Position numbers and translations under genes: made by a program. Under the pieces are notes generated by a model that was not told the DNA's origin, ran no database searches, and saw only the letters and a list, made by a program, of their open reading frames with translations. From Candidatus Binatia bacterium (lineage in GTDB: Bacteria; Desulfobacterota; Binatia; UBA9968; CAXXLF01), in assembly GCA_963664015.2 (NCBI GenBank), contig CAXXLF010000001.1, positions 672,001-736,000 on the forward strand: 64,000 nucleotides of DNA, read 5' to 3'. Below are positions 29,911 through 41,108 of this stretch, one piece after another (position 1 is the stretch's first letter; the number at the start of each line of letters is the position of its first letter).

Positions 29911-30867
29911 CTACTCGTTTTGGTAGAGCCCGTCAATAAACCCCTCGTCGTCCAGTTCGCGTAGAAAATGGAGATCCCACATGGAGACGGGATTCATGTC
30001 TTCGAGCTCAGGATAGTCCTCCAGTGCCAACTGGAAGGTGTTTTTGATCGCCTCCGTACTTGGATAGGGCTTTTTCTGCATGGTGCCATTCACGTCCTCG
30101 TAGAGCCGCTCGATGGCCTCGTCGTCAAAATGGAGCTTGGCGCTGAGGGCCTCCCAGAGAAGTTCTTTAGTCCTTTCCTTCTGGGTTTTAAATAAACAGA
30201 TCGCTTCGCAGTACGCTTTGAGGAAAGCCATGGTCTCTCCGGGCTTGGACTTGATGGTTTCCGCGATGGAGTTGATGGTTACATTATGAATCTGCGGGTA
30301 CTCGGGGATATCCAGGATCTTGAGCCCATCCCTCTTGGCAATCACGTCGTAGGGCGGAGATAGCTGGGTTGCTGCCGCATCGTCGTTATTGAGAAATTGT
30401 TTATACCGTTCGACATAGTTGATATCTTTATCGTCGGTCCGAACCTCGATGATACCGTCGCGCTTGAGGTTGATTCCCGCATACGCCAGTTTACCACGGT
30501 TGGCCAGGTCCCCATGGGATCCCCGTTCCCCCTTGAAAGTGATTCCTTTGCCCTTCAGGTCTTCCACGCCATTGATCCAAGGCTTGACGATAAGCTTAGA
30601 CGGCCAGATATTGGACGGCTGGGCCAGGTAGACAAATCGCGCCCCCGTGCGTTTGCGTTCAACATAAGGGCTAATATGGTTACCAAGGAAAAAGTCCACT
30701 TCGCCCTTATAGAGCATCTGGTTTCCTGCAGTGGAGTCTGGAACGTGGAGCACCGTCGGCTCCAACCCGTACTTTTGCAACAAGCCCGAATCTCTCAAGA
30801 TGAAAGTCAAAACTTCCAGATTGTGTCGATAACCGATACGAATGGGTTTGAGTTTTTTAGCTGCCAT
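29911..30867 (-). CDS. NMT1/THI5-like ABC substrate-binding-fold protein (no obvious signal peptide)
   Basis: KYGLE, EDLKGK, SPPY...A...G and C-terminal LRELDDEGFID.LY pattern. Confidence 0.8.
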   Translation of the reverse strand: MAAKKLKPIRIGYRHNLEVLTFILRDSGLLQKYGLEPTVLHVPDSTAGNQMLYKGEVDFFLGNHISPYVERKRTGARFVYLAQPSNIWPSKLIVKPWINGVEDLKGKGITFKGERGSHGDLANRGKLAYAGINLKRDGIIEVRTDDKDINYVERYKQFLNNDDAAATQLSPPYDVIAKRDGLKILDIPEYPQIHNVTINSIAETIKSKPGETMAFLKAYCEAICLFKTQKERTKELLWEALSAKLHFDDEAIERLYEDVNGTMQKKPYPSTEAIKNTFQLALEDYPELEDMNPVSMWDLHFLRELDDEGFIDGLYQNE

Positions 30868-30892
30868 CGTTCCCCTTCTTTTGTATGGTAAT

Positions 30893-31113
30893 ATGAAGCT
30901 TCCACGGGTTTAGACCCATGGCGTTTTTCCTAATCTTCGGCGGAATCCGCCGAGGCACACTCCTTGCTTACTTCGCCGAAGCGGCCGCCTTGGCCGCGAA
31001 GGCCGGACGCTCGTTGAGCTGCGGCCCGTCGCCCGAAGGCTTTGGGGCGGAGGGCCCGACCGTCACATTCATCCATGAGCTTACGCCCATAGTCTTCTGC
31101 GAAGACGGATAAA
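30893..31113 (+). mobile_element. Expanded copy of dispersed hairpin MITE with nested extra hairpins
   Basis: atgaagcttccacgggtttagacccatgg ... cttcggcggaatccgccgagg ... ccgaccgtcacattcatccatgagcttacgcccatagtcttctgcgaagacggataaa. Confidence 0.75.
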
Positions 31114-31443
31114 GACTTAGATCCGACAAAACTTTGCGTCATCCTTGCGAGTGAATCCTACCTGCGACGGACTTCCTTTACAACCCTTCCAAGTTGAATT
31201 TTCCAAAGGGACTCGACCCCATTTGGGCCTCTCCCCCTATCGTTTTCGTGACGCGGAAGGTCCAATTAAGGAAAATCTCGGGTGCCACAGATCGCTAATA
31301 TGCCGCAAATCTGCATCCGGCGTGCCCCCAATCATCCCTACAAATCCATGAGATTTCAACAATTTCCCCATCCCGGGGCCATAATCCTCCATGGCATAGG
31401 GATTGCTTTTATAGATAAAGATTTGGTGAGCCAAAAAGAGGTA

Positions 31444-31749
31444 ATGACTATGGAAACAATAAATGAAGTCTTAGGCGGCGCAGCCGTGGCACCCTGGGAA
31501 ATTCTATTCTTCCTCGCAGCGGTCGGAATTTATACCTACTTGGGGCGCCGTAAATCGGCCCTGCAAGTCACTTTTATTTTTACCTTCTACTGAGGTTTCA
31601 AAAACCTCATGGCTTTTTTCACCGTGTCGGCCGCTGGATCCCAGTCCTTGGTTCTCCTGTACGTTGGGTGTGCCCTGGCCATATTCGGTTTGATGAGTGC
31701 CAATTATCTAATGCAGAAATCAAGTAACGTTCAGCCCGTAGAAGCTTAG
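31444..31749 (+). pseudogene. Small three-TM membrane protein interrupted by an in-frame TGA
   Basis: GAGGT RBS; hydrophobic frame continues past TGA 31591-31593 (FTFY*GF) to TAG 31749. Confidence 0.5.
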
Positions 31750-31887
31750 AGGCACCCTTGTTCGCCCCCGAATTCTTTCGATGGCTCACAAGTTTACCCA
31801 ACTCCTGCACTTTTCGGGGTTTTGTTATTGTCATCCCCCTTGATTGCTCATGGGGTTCCCAACCCCGACTCGACGGCAACTTACAGT

Positions 31888-32367
31888 TTATAACCAAATC
31901 CCACGCAGTAAATCCTTGCGCCAGGCAATATCTGCCTCTTGCTCCACCCCTTTCGTTCTGACCCCGTCGGCTATACCAAGAATGCCGCTTCCTTGTACTG
32001 TCTCCGCCACGATTACCTCGACGTGATTAGCAGTTGCGCAATAGATCCCGCAGACCTCGGGGACCGCTTTGAGGGAATTGAGAATACTGATGGGGAAATA
32101 CCCCGCACCCAGAAAAAGGATAAAGCTGTGCCCCGCCTGCAGGGCATGGGCGTTGCGCTTGGCAAGTGCGATCATGGCCTCGTCGGTTTCCGTCCAACGC
32201 ACTAGCGCCGCTCCTGACGACTCGCAAAAGGCAAGGCCGAACTTGATTCCCGGTACGGCCTGAACCAACGCCTCATGTATGTCCTCGTCGGTCTTGATAA
32301 AGTGGCTTTGGCCCAGGACAAAATTGATATCGTCAGGTTTGTCGATTCGGACCGTCAAAAGCTCCAT
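31888..32367 (-). CDS. Adenosine-specific kinase family (DUF355); last codons frameshifted
   Basis: GQSHFIKT, FGLAFCESSG, GHSF, IYCATAN motifs; the usual terminal GYKL lies in a shifted frame. Confidence 0.82.
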   Translation of the reverse strand: MELLTVRIDKPDDINFVLGQSHFIKTDEDIHEALVQAVPGIKFGLAFCESSGAALVRWTETDEAMIALAKRNAHALQAGHSFILFLGAGYFPISILNSLKAVPEVCGIYCATANHVEVIVAETVQGSGILGIADGVRTKGVEQEADIAWRKDLLRGIWL

Positions 32368-32649
32368 GGCAAACTCCCTCCGTGTTCGTTCAAATCCCCC
32401 ATGAGGGACTGGATAGGGGTTCCCAACTCAAATCGGGCACAATCGGACGAGAGTCCTTCTACGATCGCCTCTTTCCCGTGTTAATATTTCATGAAGCCTA
32501 TTCTTGACAAGATAGAGGGGGTTTGGGATATGCTTATCCTAGCTAATGCCGATCGACCACCATGGAGTTAAGCCAGTTCGATGCCTCACTTCCGTCCTAA
32601 TCGTACCCCCTTAAGACATGAGGGCGGGCGCGGAGAAAAAGGAGGAAAT

Positions 32650-33840
32650 ATGCCGACCATTGAAGAAAACGAACTCATGACCCAAGTGGGTCCCGAAACG
32701 CCGGGCGGGCAGCTGCTCCGCCACTACTGGCACCCCATTGCAGTTGCCATTGAGCTGACACACGAGAACCCCACCAAGTTTGTCAGAATTCTCTGTGAAG
32801 ACCTCGTGCTGTTCCGTGACAAGAAGGGCAATGTGGGTCTGATTGGTGACCGCTGTCCCCACCGGGGAGCCTCTCTCCTCTACGGCAGGGTTGAAGAACG
32901 GGGTATCGCCTGCGCCTATCACGGTTGGTTATATGATACAGGGGGCAACTGCCTGGAGACACCACCGGAACCGGAGGATAGCAAGTTTCGCTTGACCATA
33001 AAGCACAAGGCCTACCCGGTACAGAAGTTCGTTGGCCTTTACTGGACCTACATGGGTCGCCAACCCGCCCCAGCGATTCCCAAGTACGACATTCTAGTTC
33101 GGAAAGACGCCAGGAAAATGATCCGGGTCCATCCGGTACTGGACTGCAATTGGCTTCAGGCGATGGAGAATTCGGTAGACCCCTCCCACCTGGAGATCCT
33201 CCACCAAACCATCATTGGCCGAGGAAGAACGCCAGTGAATACCACGCGGGGATTCGTCGATGACGTGGACCATTACGAATTTCAGACCACTTCGTATGGA
33301 GTCCTGAAGATCCGTACCTATAAAAACGGGCAAGTGGATAAGCATCCACTGATATTTCCCAATATTCTCCGTCAAGCAAAGACCGCCCAATACCGTGTGC
33401 CCATTGACGACACCCACACAATGCACTGGCATATCGTATTTGAGCCCACTCCCGACGGTAGCCTTGTGGAAGATGACGAAAACCCGAAAGTGGAGTACAT
33501 CGAGCCCTATAAGGAACCTGCGAAGGCACTATATCCCGCTGCCAACTTTTCTCCAGGAATGAAAAAGGTCATCGGGCAGGACCACATGGCCTGGGAGACC
33601 CAGGGACCGATTGCGAATCGAACCAGGGAACGACTGACCACCTCCGACAGAGGGGTCATCATTTACCGAGATCTCATCACGGAAAACATCAATAAGGTTC
33701 AGCAAGGTCAGGATCCCATGGGAGTCATGCGGGATCCTAACCATGAAATGATCGATACAAAGCTGTCCGAATCGCTCAAAGGCCCTGAAGCAGGAAACCG
33801 ACCGGTGATCGCCACGAAAACAGCGGCGGCACCGGTCTGA
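32650..33840 (+). CDS. Rieske non-heme iron oxygenase alpha subunit (phthalate 4,5-dioxygenase-like)
   Basis: CPHRG...CAYHGW Rieske ligands; ENSVDPSHLEILH; QD..AWETQG; AGGAGG RBS. Confidence 0.92.
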   Translation: MPTIEENELMTQVGPETPGGQLLRHYWHPIAVAIELTHENPTKFVRILCEDLVLFRDKKGNVGLIGDRCPHRGASLLYGRVEERGIACAYHGWLYDTGGNCLETPPEPEDSKFRLTIKHKAYPVQKFVGLYWTYMGRQPAPAIPKYDILVRKDARKMIRVHPVLDCNWLQAMENSVDPSHLEILHQTIIGRGRTPVNTTRGFVDDVDHYEFQTTSYGVLKIRTYKNGQVDKHPLIFPNILRQAKTAQYRVPIDDTHTMHWHIVFEPTPDGSLVEDDENPKVEYIEPYKEPAKALYPAANFSPGMKKVIGQDHMAWETQGPIANRTRERLTTSDRGVIIYRDLITENINKVQQGQDPMGVMRDPNHEMIDTKLSESLKGPEAGNRPVIATKTAAAPV

Positions 33841-33896
33841 GCGCCCCACTCTAGCTTCTATGACATCCTGCAATCCGGTCGAGCGCTGCAGACCCG

Positions 33897-34517
33897 TTAA
33901 GGGTTTTCACCGACACCGGAATGCCGGATAAACCTCTCAAGCACCTCGTAGGGCTGCGCACCGACGATCATAGAATCGTCCATCACATAGGTCGGGACAC
34001 CGGTGATGCCCAATTTTCGGCAGCGCTCCCAATCGGCATCGACTTGCTCCTTGAAGGTTCGGCTCGCCATCGCATCCCGCGCTTCGTCCACGGGGAGCCC
34101 TGCCTGTTCCACCAGCTTGGATAAAATCTCGGGCTGGGCAATGTTCGCATTGTCCACGAAGTAGGCTCGGAATATGAGACCGTGGAGACGGTCTCCGTCG
34201 GGCTTGCCTTCCGCCCATTTCCCCAGTTCCTGAGCAAGACGGCTATTGTAAGTCATCTTTCGCTCTCCGTAGGGTAGACCCTCCTCCTCGATCATGGCCT
34301 TCAACCGGCTTCGCCTCTGCTGCATGGCGGCCCCTGAGGGTCCCGAGGGACCTCCAAAGGCCCGTCCTTCCAGCGGCGTGTCCGGGTGGAGCGGGAAATG
34401 GGTAAATTTGACCTTCAGTCCAAACTCTTTTTTTAGTTTTTCAATACGCCCGGTACTGAGGTAGCACCAGGGTCAGACGTAGTCCGAAAAGACTTCAAGC
34501 GTTTTTGGCTCGTCCAT
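33897..34517 (-). CDS. FrnE-like DsbA-family oxidoreductase, probable selenoprotein (U-P-W-C)
   Basis: AGGAGG RBS, then MDEPKTLEVFSDYV-TGA(34475-34473)-PWCY...FPLHPDTP.EG in frame with ORF 33897-34325; GITGVPT cis-Pro motif. Confidence 0.88.
34441..34459 (-). promoter_or_regulatory. Candidate bacterial SECIS hairpin
   Basis: TCAGTAC-[CGGGC]-GTATTGA; loop 20 nt after the TGA, G at loop position 2. Confidence 0.68.
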
Positions 34518-34545
34518 GATACTCCCTCCTTGGTTCTGTTTCGAC

Positions 34546-35628
34546 CTACAGGCCGTAAAGCCTGCGTGCATTCTCACCCATTATCTTGCTCATGGCTTCC
34601 GGTCCGATATCTTCTCTTTGGGTCACTGATTTGACCGTGTCCGGGAACTTACCATCGCTGTGATTATAGTCGGAGGCGAAGACGAGACGTTCTTCACCCA
34701 CGAAATCCATGACAAAACGTAACGTTTTTTCATCCGGCTCGAAGGAGTAATAGAACTGGTCACTGCGCATGTAATCGCTGGGTGGCTTGGTAAGCCAGGG
34801 CACCGTAGGTTGGAGATTCTCGTAGTGTTCATCCAGCCGCTCCATCCAGTAAGGGACCCAACCGGCCCCCGCCTCCATGCAGGCCACTTTCAAGCGGGGG
34901 AATCTGTCCAAAAGACCTCCGACGACGACACACAGGACACCGATCATCTGTTCAAAGGGGTGTGTCATGGCATGGGTATAAAAGGGGTTATCGAATCGCT
35001 CGATCCCTGCGGCGGTCCCATCACCGGCACCCACGTGTAGTGCAACTGGAACGTTGAGATGTTCCGCCTCGGCAAAGAAAGGATAGAGATCCGGGTCATC
35101 GAGATTTTTGCCCGAAGAGGAGTGAGTTGGAGCTGCAACGGCAACGAAGCCCAACTCTTCAACGCAGCGGCGCAATTCTTTTACTGCCGCGGGAGGATCC
35201 TGGATGGGGACCAGGGCTACGCCTTTAAGCCGACTTCTGTCCGCCTTGCAGTATCCCGCCAGCCAATCGTTGTAGACCTGGGCAATAGCACAGGCCAGAT
35301 CCTTATCCTCAAAGAACGGCAGGCTCAGGAATGGGCTTGAGCCAAACAAAACGGCGGTATCGATACCTTCCAGGTCCATGTCCTCAAGGCGACGAACGGG
35401 ATCCGCCATTCCGGTAGTGGCCTGGGGATTTCGGGCACGGGGAGCCCCGATAAAGCCGCAGCCCTTACCCATGGGTTTGGGACACAACTTCCCCTCCACC
35501 ATGATAAAGGGTACGCCCCGATTATCCTTCACCAGAGTCGGCGCCTTGGAACGGTAGGACTCAGGGAGGAGGTCCCGCCAGGGAATACCTGATTCTGAAA
35601 CGTGACCGTCAGCATCGATAATTCGCAT
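34546..35628 (-). CDS. Amidohydrolase_2 family protein
   Basis: IDADGH, DMDLEGID, LH, EAGAGW, FASDYNH motifs; AAGGAG RBS. Confidence 0.92.
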   Translation of the reverse strand: MRIIDADGHVSESGIPWRDLLPESYRSKAPTLVKDNRGVPFIMVEGKLCPKPMGKGCGFIGAPRARNPQATTGMADPVRRLEDMDLEGIDTAVLFGSSPFLSLPFFEDKDLACAIAQVYNDWLAGYCKADRSRLKGVALVPIQDPPAAVKELRRCVEELGFVAVAAPTHSSSGKNLDDPDLYPFFAEAEHLNVPVALHVGAGDGTAAGIERFDNPFYTHAMTHPFEQMIGVLCVVVGGLLDRFPRLKVACMEAGAGWVPYWMERLDEHYENLQPTVPWLTKPPSDYMRSDQFYYSFEPDEKTLRFVMDFVGEERLVFASDYNHSDGKFPDTVKSVTQREDIGPEAMSKIMGENARRLYGL

Positions 35629-35991
35629 AATTGTCTCCTTTAGGCCCCTTATCGCCATGACGTTATCCGAAGTCCTTCTACCTTGTCAATTGAACAAAGA
35701 GGAGCTCACTGAAACGGAGTCGCATGGAAGGATAAACCAATTTAGCCCAGCCCCGGCTGGAGCGAATGTCCACCTCTTCCCCAAAAACCAGGTTGAGGTT
35801 GACACAACAACCCCTCCTCGCATATTTTCAGCTCAGAGCACCAAGGCGCCGGGCGGTTTGTCCCTCCGGTCGTCGCTGGGAGCCCTCGACGGTGGGCACG
35901 AGCGGGCCGCTCACGGCAATATTCACTTTCTCACGACCATGCCTGAAAAGCGACTTCCTATCATATACCTTTAATCTTCACGCTAGAGATT

Positions 35992-37700
35992 ATGAGTGAT
36001 TTGATGGATTGGATGGTATCGATGAAAACAGTGGTTACGCTGTTTGTTCTGCTCACGGCTTCATGGCTGATGACTTCCGATACGCTGGCACAACTTGGCG
36101 ATCAACCCAGCGGTGTTCCGACACCGGAGAGAGTGCTGAAACGCTTTGACAAGGACCGTGACGATACGATCACGCGGGACGAGTTTTCTGGCCCTCCAAT
36201 GCGCTTTAAAACGATAGGCCGCGACGGCGACGGACAGTTGACCGCGACAGAGTTGAAGGCAGCCTTCCAGCGCCCGTCCAATGGCGGGGACGGTCCGAGG
36301 GATGGTGGCGGGCCGCAAGGCCCGCTTTTGGATTGGCACCAGAACCTGCCGATCATTCTTACTCACGCCCATATCATTCCGTTCGTCGGCAGGGCGAACA
36401 CCATCAAGGTCATGAACCAAAATATGATACGAGCGGCGCCCGTGATGTCGACACCGGTCCCCGCAGATCGATCCGATAGATCATTTTTCGGAAGCTTGGT
36501 ACATCATGCGGGCAAATACCCCCACCGGTTTAGGGTCGCCGGCGGTGGTCGGTCTCTTAATGGCACGATCAACGATATAGTGCCTGACAAGGTAAGCGAG
36601 CGTGTCCGCCGAAGATTTATCGAACAGGCGGAGGAGATTGTCAGAAAGGGAGCGGTGAGTTTCGGTGAAACCACGGCCCTTCACTTTTCGTTTCGATCGA
36701 CCCACCCGTCCGAAATGGTGCAGCCCGACCAACCGCTGTTTTTGCAGCTCGCGGATATCACCGCAAAACATGATGTCCCCCTTGATTTACACGTTGAAGC
36801 GGTAACGACAGATTGGAATTCGTCCGATTACATTAAATCGCGCAGCCATCTTATTCCGTCGCGGATCCCAGAAAATATTACCGCCCTAGAGCGTCTCATT
36901 GCTCACAATCGCAAGACCAAAATAATCTGGGGCCATCTGGGCTTGGATGTGACCGGTCAGCGGACTACCACACTAACCCGTAGAATGCTGAAGGATCCCC
37001 CCCCATGTGTTTATCAGCATCACGGACGCCTGGGCGGCGGAGGGCCGCAATGCTGGCCCGAACTGGCTGATACGGCCGGGGAAGGGCTTAAATCCGGATT
37101 GGCGGGAGGTCATACTCGAATTTCCGGATCGATTCACCATTGGTTCCGACGCCTTTTTTCAACCGGATAATCCGACCCAAAAGATTCGTAAACCGCTGCG
37201 GCCCGCGATTCAAATCATCAGAAGACCCATGTTGCTGCCGGTCGTGGCTCGCAAGGTAGCATACGAGAACGCCCAACGGATTTTCAAACTCGATATTATC
37301 AAGCCTGGTGAGTATCCCTTGCCGGCCGGCCTGGCCGCACAAAATTTTAGCGCAAAAGATCGGGTTTCCGGAGGAGCAACATCCGCCGCTGTTCGGACCA
37401 GGTTGCAGGGGACATTGTCGGAATCTCAAATCCGAAGTTTAGTCGTCGGCAACACGTTGAACTTTGATGCGCCAAGCAACGGACGCAATTTTTTCATTTA
37501 TTTCGGTGAGGATGGCGAGATTCGGCAAAAAGTCGCCGGGGGTCCTCGGGTCGTCCGAAAAACATGGTTCTTCGATGACCGATGATTATTTTGCCGGACG
37601 GCGGGCAAGCAGAATGTAAATCATTGCACGTGAGTGTGCCCAGGCGACCAGCCTGGCAGCCTGATCTTGTTCAACGAAAAATTCAAGTACGAAGCAAACA
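35992..37700 (+). pseudogene. Secreted EF-hand plus amidohydrolase-like protein, frameshifted
   Basis: Signal peptide, DKDRDDTITRDE / RDGDGQLTATE EF-hands, THAH, FGE, LHVE, WGH; IGSD lies in the next frame after a C-run near 36998-37004. Confidence 0.65.
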
Positions 37701-38241
37701 TCTCACAGGGCCAGCAACTCCCCCGTTGAGGTACAACGTTGTCTCTCCAGAACTAACGATCTTTAAACTCCCATAGGTTCCATCGTGAGGGTCAGGTCTA
37801 TGGATTCTCGATTTCTAGCTCAACTGTTTCTCAATACGCCAAGGAGGGGTCGATCCTTACTCCCGCCAAGTAGTCCTACCCATCCCTACCTCTTAACTGT
37901 CCGTGAAACCTGGGTCGATTCAACTTAACCCCTTAACCTCATCTAACCCAACATCGAGAAAACTTGAAACATGATTTTGTAGAATGTATCGCTCCGGACG
38001 CCTCAAGCCCCCTCCAGTGCATAAGCCAACCTGCTTGCTCCAACCCTTATAACAAACACCAGACAATTGAGTTACCGGATAACAAGGCGCAGGACACAGA
38101 AGCACCATTGTTTGACATGGTTCGCTTCCTTCGTGCTATGATCCCCCTGACCCAAGCACCGCACCCTATTTTTGGTGACAGCTTCGGCGTTACCTTAAGG
38201 AAACTGATCAAAGTTCCCATTGGAGGAGAGTCAACATCCGA

Positions 38242-39642
38242 GTGGAGACCCGCGTCAATTATCTGCTCCTTGCCACCGCCATGTTGGGAACTTTTTTTTC
38301 CGGCACGGCGAGCAGGATCTTTAACATTTCCATGCCTACGGTGGCCCATAGCCTGGGAACCGACCTGATTGGCATATCCTGGGCGCTGCTCGCCTACCAA
38401 CTTTCCAACATCGGGCTTTCCCTTATCTTTGGCCGGCTTGCCGATATCTGGGGGAGAGAGAAGATATTTGCCCTGGGATTTATCGTCTTTTCCGTGAGCT
38501 CCCTACTCTGCGGTCTGTCGCAAAATGTCATGCAGCTCATCGCGGCTCGTTTTTTACAGGGTATCGGCGGGGCGATGATCCAGTCGTCCAGCCGTGCCCT
38601 GGCGGCAGATGCCGTCCCCGAACAGCTGGGGGGCCGGGCCCAAGGTTATATGACCACGGCTCACCATACGGGTTTTCTATTAGGTCCCAGTATCGGTGGG
38701 CTGACTATCGATTATCTGAGCTGGCGTTGGACTTTCTTCTTTCTCGTCCCCCTTGGACTCGTCGGCTCTTTGCTGGCTTTTACGAATTTGAAACGCCAGC
38801 CCATGCCGACCCAACGCCAACCCATCGACTATATGGGGGCCGCGCTCCTGTTCGCGGCAACGACAACCCTCATCTTCCTGTTCGACCGGCGCTCGCTTGA
38901 AATCTTCGGCCCCCAATCCAAGATCGCCCTGGCCATTGTCTTTGCCGGCTGTCTTTACGGATTAATTGCATACGAGAAAAGAGTGGAGAGTCCCTTTCTC
39001 AACCTCTCCCTCTTCAAGATCCGTTTATTTTCCTTCAGTGCCGTCAGCCTCCTCATCATTTCCACCTGTTATACCATTCAATTTTTTCTTCTTCCCTTCT
39101 ACATGCAAAACGTACTTCATCTTACGCCGTCGTTCATTGGATTTTTGTTCATGGTCCCTCCCATTATGACCGTTATGCTGGCACCGCTCAGCGGTCATCT
39201 GGCTGACCGCCTGGGTCCGCGACTTCCCGCAAGCTTCGGCATCTGCTTTATGACGGGCTCGCTTCTCGTTGGCCTTTTTTTCCAACCCAATTCCCACTGG
39301 CTTCTTCCCACACTGATGATCGCCTTGGGCGCCATTACTAACGGGATTTTCAATCCTGCCAATTCTAAGGCCATGATCTCAATGATGCCCCGAGAGCACC
39401 GGGGGTTCGCAACGGCAGTCAACCATGTGCTGTTTAGCGGCGGCAGTGTGGTCGGCGTAGCGGTGGGGGGATTTATAATGACGGCCGCCTTCGAATACCA
39501 CACGGGGCTGGCCGGCATCGGCCTGACCACGGACATCCCGGCTGGTTTTGTGAGTGCCCTCAATACAACCTTCCTCTTAACCGTAGGACTCAGCCTGGTC
39601 GGTCTAGCAACCTCCATCGCCAGAGGTGGCCGGACCTCTTAA
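38242..39642 (+). CDS. MFS transporter (DHA2/EmrB-like)
   Basis: GRLADIWGRE motif A, ARFLQGIGGA, GPSIGG, SWRW; many TM helices; GGAGG RBS. Confidence 0.92.
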   Translation: METRVNYLLLATAMLGTFFSGTASRIFNISMPTVAHSLGTDLIGISWALLAYQLSNIGLSLIFGRLADIWGREKIFALGFIVFSVSSLLCGLSQNVMQLIAARFLQGIGGAMIQSSSRALAADAVPEQLGGRAQGYMTTAHHTGFLLGPSIGGLTIDYLSWRWTFFFLVPLGLVGSLLAFTNLKRQPMPTQRQPIDYMGAALLFAATTTLIFLFDRRSLEIFGPQSKIALAIVFAGCLYGLIAYEKRVESPFLNLSLFKIRLFSFSAVSLLIISTCYTIQFFLLPFYMQNVLHLTPSFIGFLFMVPPIMTVMLAPLSGHLADRLGPRLPASFGICFMTGSLLVGLFFQPNSHWLLPTLMIALGAITNGIFNPANSKAMISMMPREHRGFATAVNHVLFSGGSVVGVAVGGFIMTAAFEYHTGLAGIGLTTDIPAGFVSALNTTFLLTVGLSLVGLATSIARGGRTS

Positions 39643-39920
39643 GCCCGCACCACGGCATTTCGATCGAGTGGGTAAACTTGTGAATCAGTTCATCCACTAT
39701 GCGATCCTCTCCAACCGTGCGAGCCACCGGCACGACTTCAGTGTCTGGTGGATGACCTGGGAGGGAATAGGTGCTGTAGAAATGGCGGACTTCACTAGAG
39801 CCGACACCACCTGTCATGACGGGGACATGATTGACAAAGGGATCCGACGTCATTGTCGCCATGGTCGCATGGATACTCTTCTCCTTGAACTCGGCGGCCA
39901 TGTGCCGCTCCCACAACTCA
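39643..39920 (-). pseudogene. SnoaL-like / ester cyclase fragment
   Basis: ATMATM..DPFVNHVPVMTGGVG...ARTVGEDRIVDE..FTH..EMPW; truncated at both ends. Confidence 0.7.
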
Positions 39921-40040
39921 CCTTTGCCTGCTGTTCGGGAGTAAGGTTATGACTGTTCATGGCTTTTCGACACTCCCTTGCCTACCCCTTCTCTGGTGGC
40001 TCGACCACCATTGGAGACCTGGGGAATGGGGAGAATTCCC

Positions 40041-40952
40041 CTATAGTCCGAATTCCTTCAAGGCATTCGGATCCTGAGTCCATCCCGCATCCACTTTCAC
40101 GAAAAGTTCCAAATAGACCTTGCAACCCAAGAGGCCCTCCAGCTCCTCTCTTGCCTGCGTTCCGATCTCCTTGAGCATCGCCCCTTTCTTACCTATGAGA
40201 ATCGGTTTATGGGATTCCCGCTCCGAATGGATTGCAGCCTTGATGACCACGAGGTCCTTCTCATTCTTTTCATTAAACTCTTCAATGACAACCGCGACAC
40301 CGTGCGGAATTTCCTCCCGTGTCAATAAAATGATCTTCTCCCGAATCAACTCGGCGGCAATAAAACGCTCTGTTTGATCCGTAACTTCATCCCCCGGATA
40401 GTACCGGGGCCCCTCGGGCAGAGACTTTAAAATCAGGTCGACAAGGAGGGGCAGGTTGTCACCCGTGCGGGCGCTGATGGGAACAATTTCTCGGCCCGGC
40501 AAGAACGATGAAACCCGTTCCATCAACGGTAGGAGCTTTGATTTGGATACGAGATCGATCTTGTTCAGCAATACCAAAACAACTTTTCTCGAATCCACAA
40601 GCAGCCGGGCGATATCCTCATTTTCTCCGAAAATCCCTTCCCTGGCATCGACGAGCCAAAGGGTGAGGTCAACTTCCCGTACCGTGTTCTTGGCCACCTC
40701 CACCATCCGCTGAGTGATCAGGGAGCGTGCCCGGTGAATCCCAGGAGTATCGAGAAATACTACCTGCGAATCCGGAGTCGTCCTGATGCCCCTGATTTGA
40801 TTACGAGTGGTTTGCGCCGTGGGGGATACGATGGCAACTTTTTCACCCAGAAGCTGGTTCAGCAAGGTGGACTTTCCCACGTTGGGGCGGCCAATGATCG
40901 CGACAAAGCCCGATCGAAAAGTCTCAACCTTATTGTCCATGCTCTCTGTCAT
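40041..40952 (-). CDS. era: GTPase Era
   Basis: GRPNVGKST, QTTR, DTPG, NKID and KH domain LIGKKG. Confidence 0.97.
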   Translation of the reverse strand: MTESMDNKVETFRSGFVAIIGRPNVGKSTLLNQLLGEKVAIVSPTAQTTRNQIRGIRTTPDSQVVFLDTPGIHRARSLITQRMVEVAKNTVREVDLTLWLVDAREGIFGENEDIARLLVDSRKVVLVLLNKIDLVSKSKLLPLMERVSSFLPGREIVPISARTGDNLPLLVDLILKSLPEGPRYYPGDEVTDQTERFIAAELIREKIILLTREEIPHGVAVVIEEFNEKNEKDLVVIKAAIHSERESHKPILIGKKGAMLKEIGTQAREELEGLLGCKVYLELFVKVDAGWTQDPNALKEFGL

Positions 40953-41108
40953 CTCAGCAAAAAGTCTTCCAACGCTTTTCCCCAACGATTAATTCTGACC
41001 TCGGACCGACCAGGGGTCCGCTTGCCCTTCTCAGGGCCATGAAACGACTCCCATCCCTTGCACCGATCTCAGCGAGGTGCAGAGGTATCCGTTGGTTATT
41101 TTCTTTGG

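Noticed and set aside
30918-31142. Short ORFs over MITE copies (also 15010-15385)
   Set aside because: They are translations of the repeat itself
31591-31593. In-frame TGA as a third selenocysteine
   Set aside because: Context FTFY*GF in a TM helix fits a TGG-to-TGA mutation; no Cys motif
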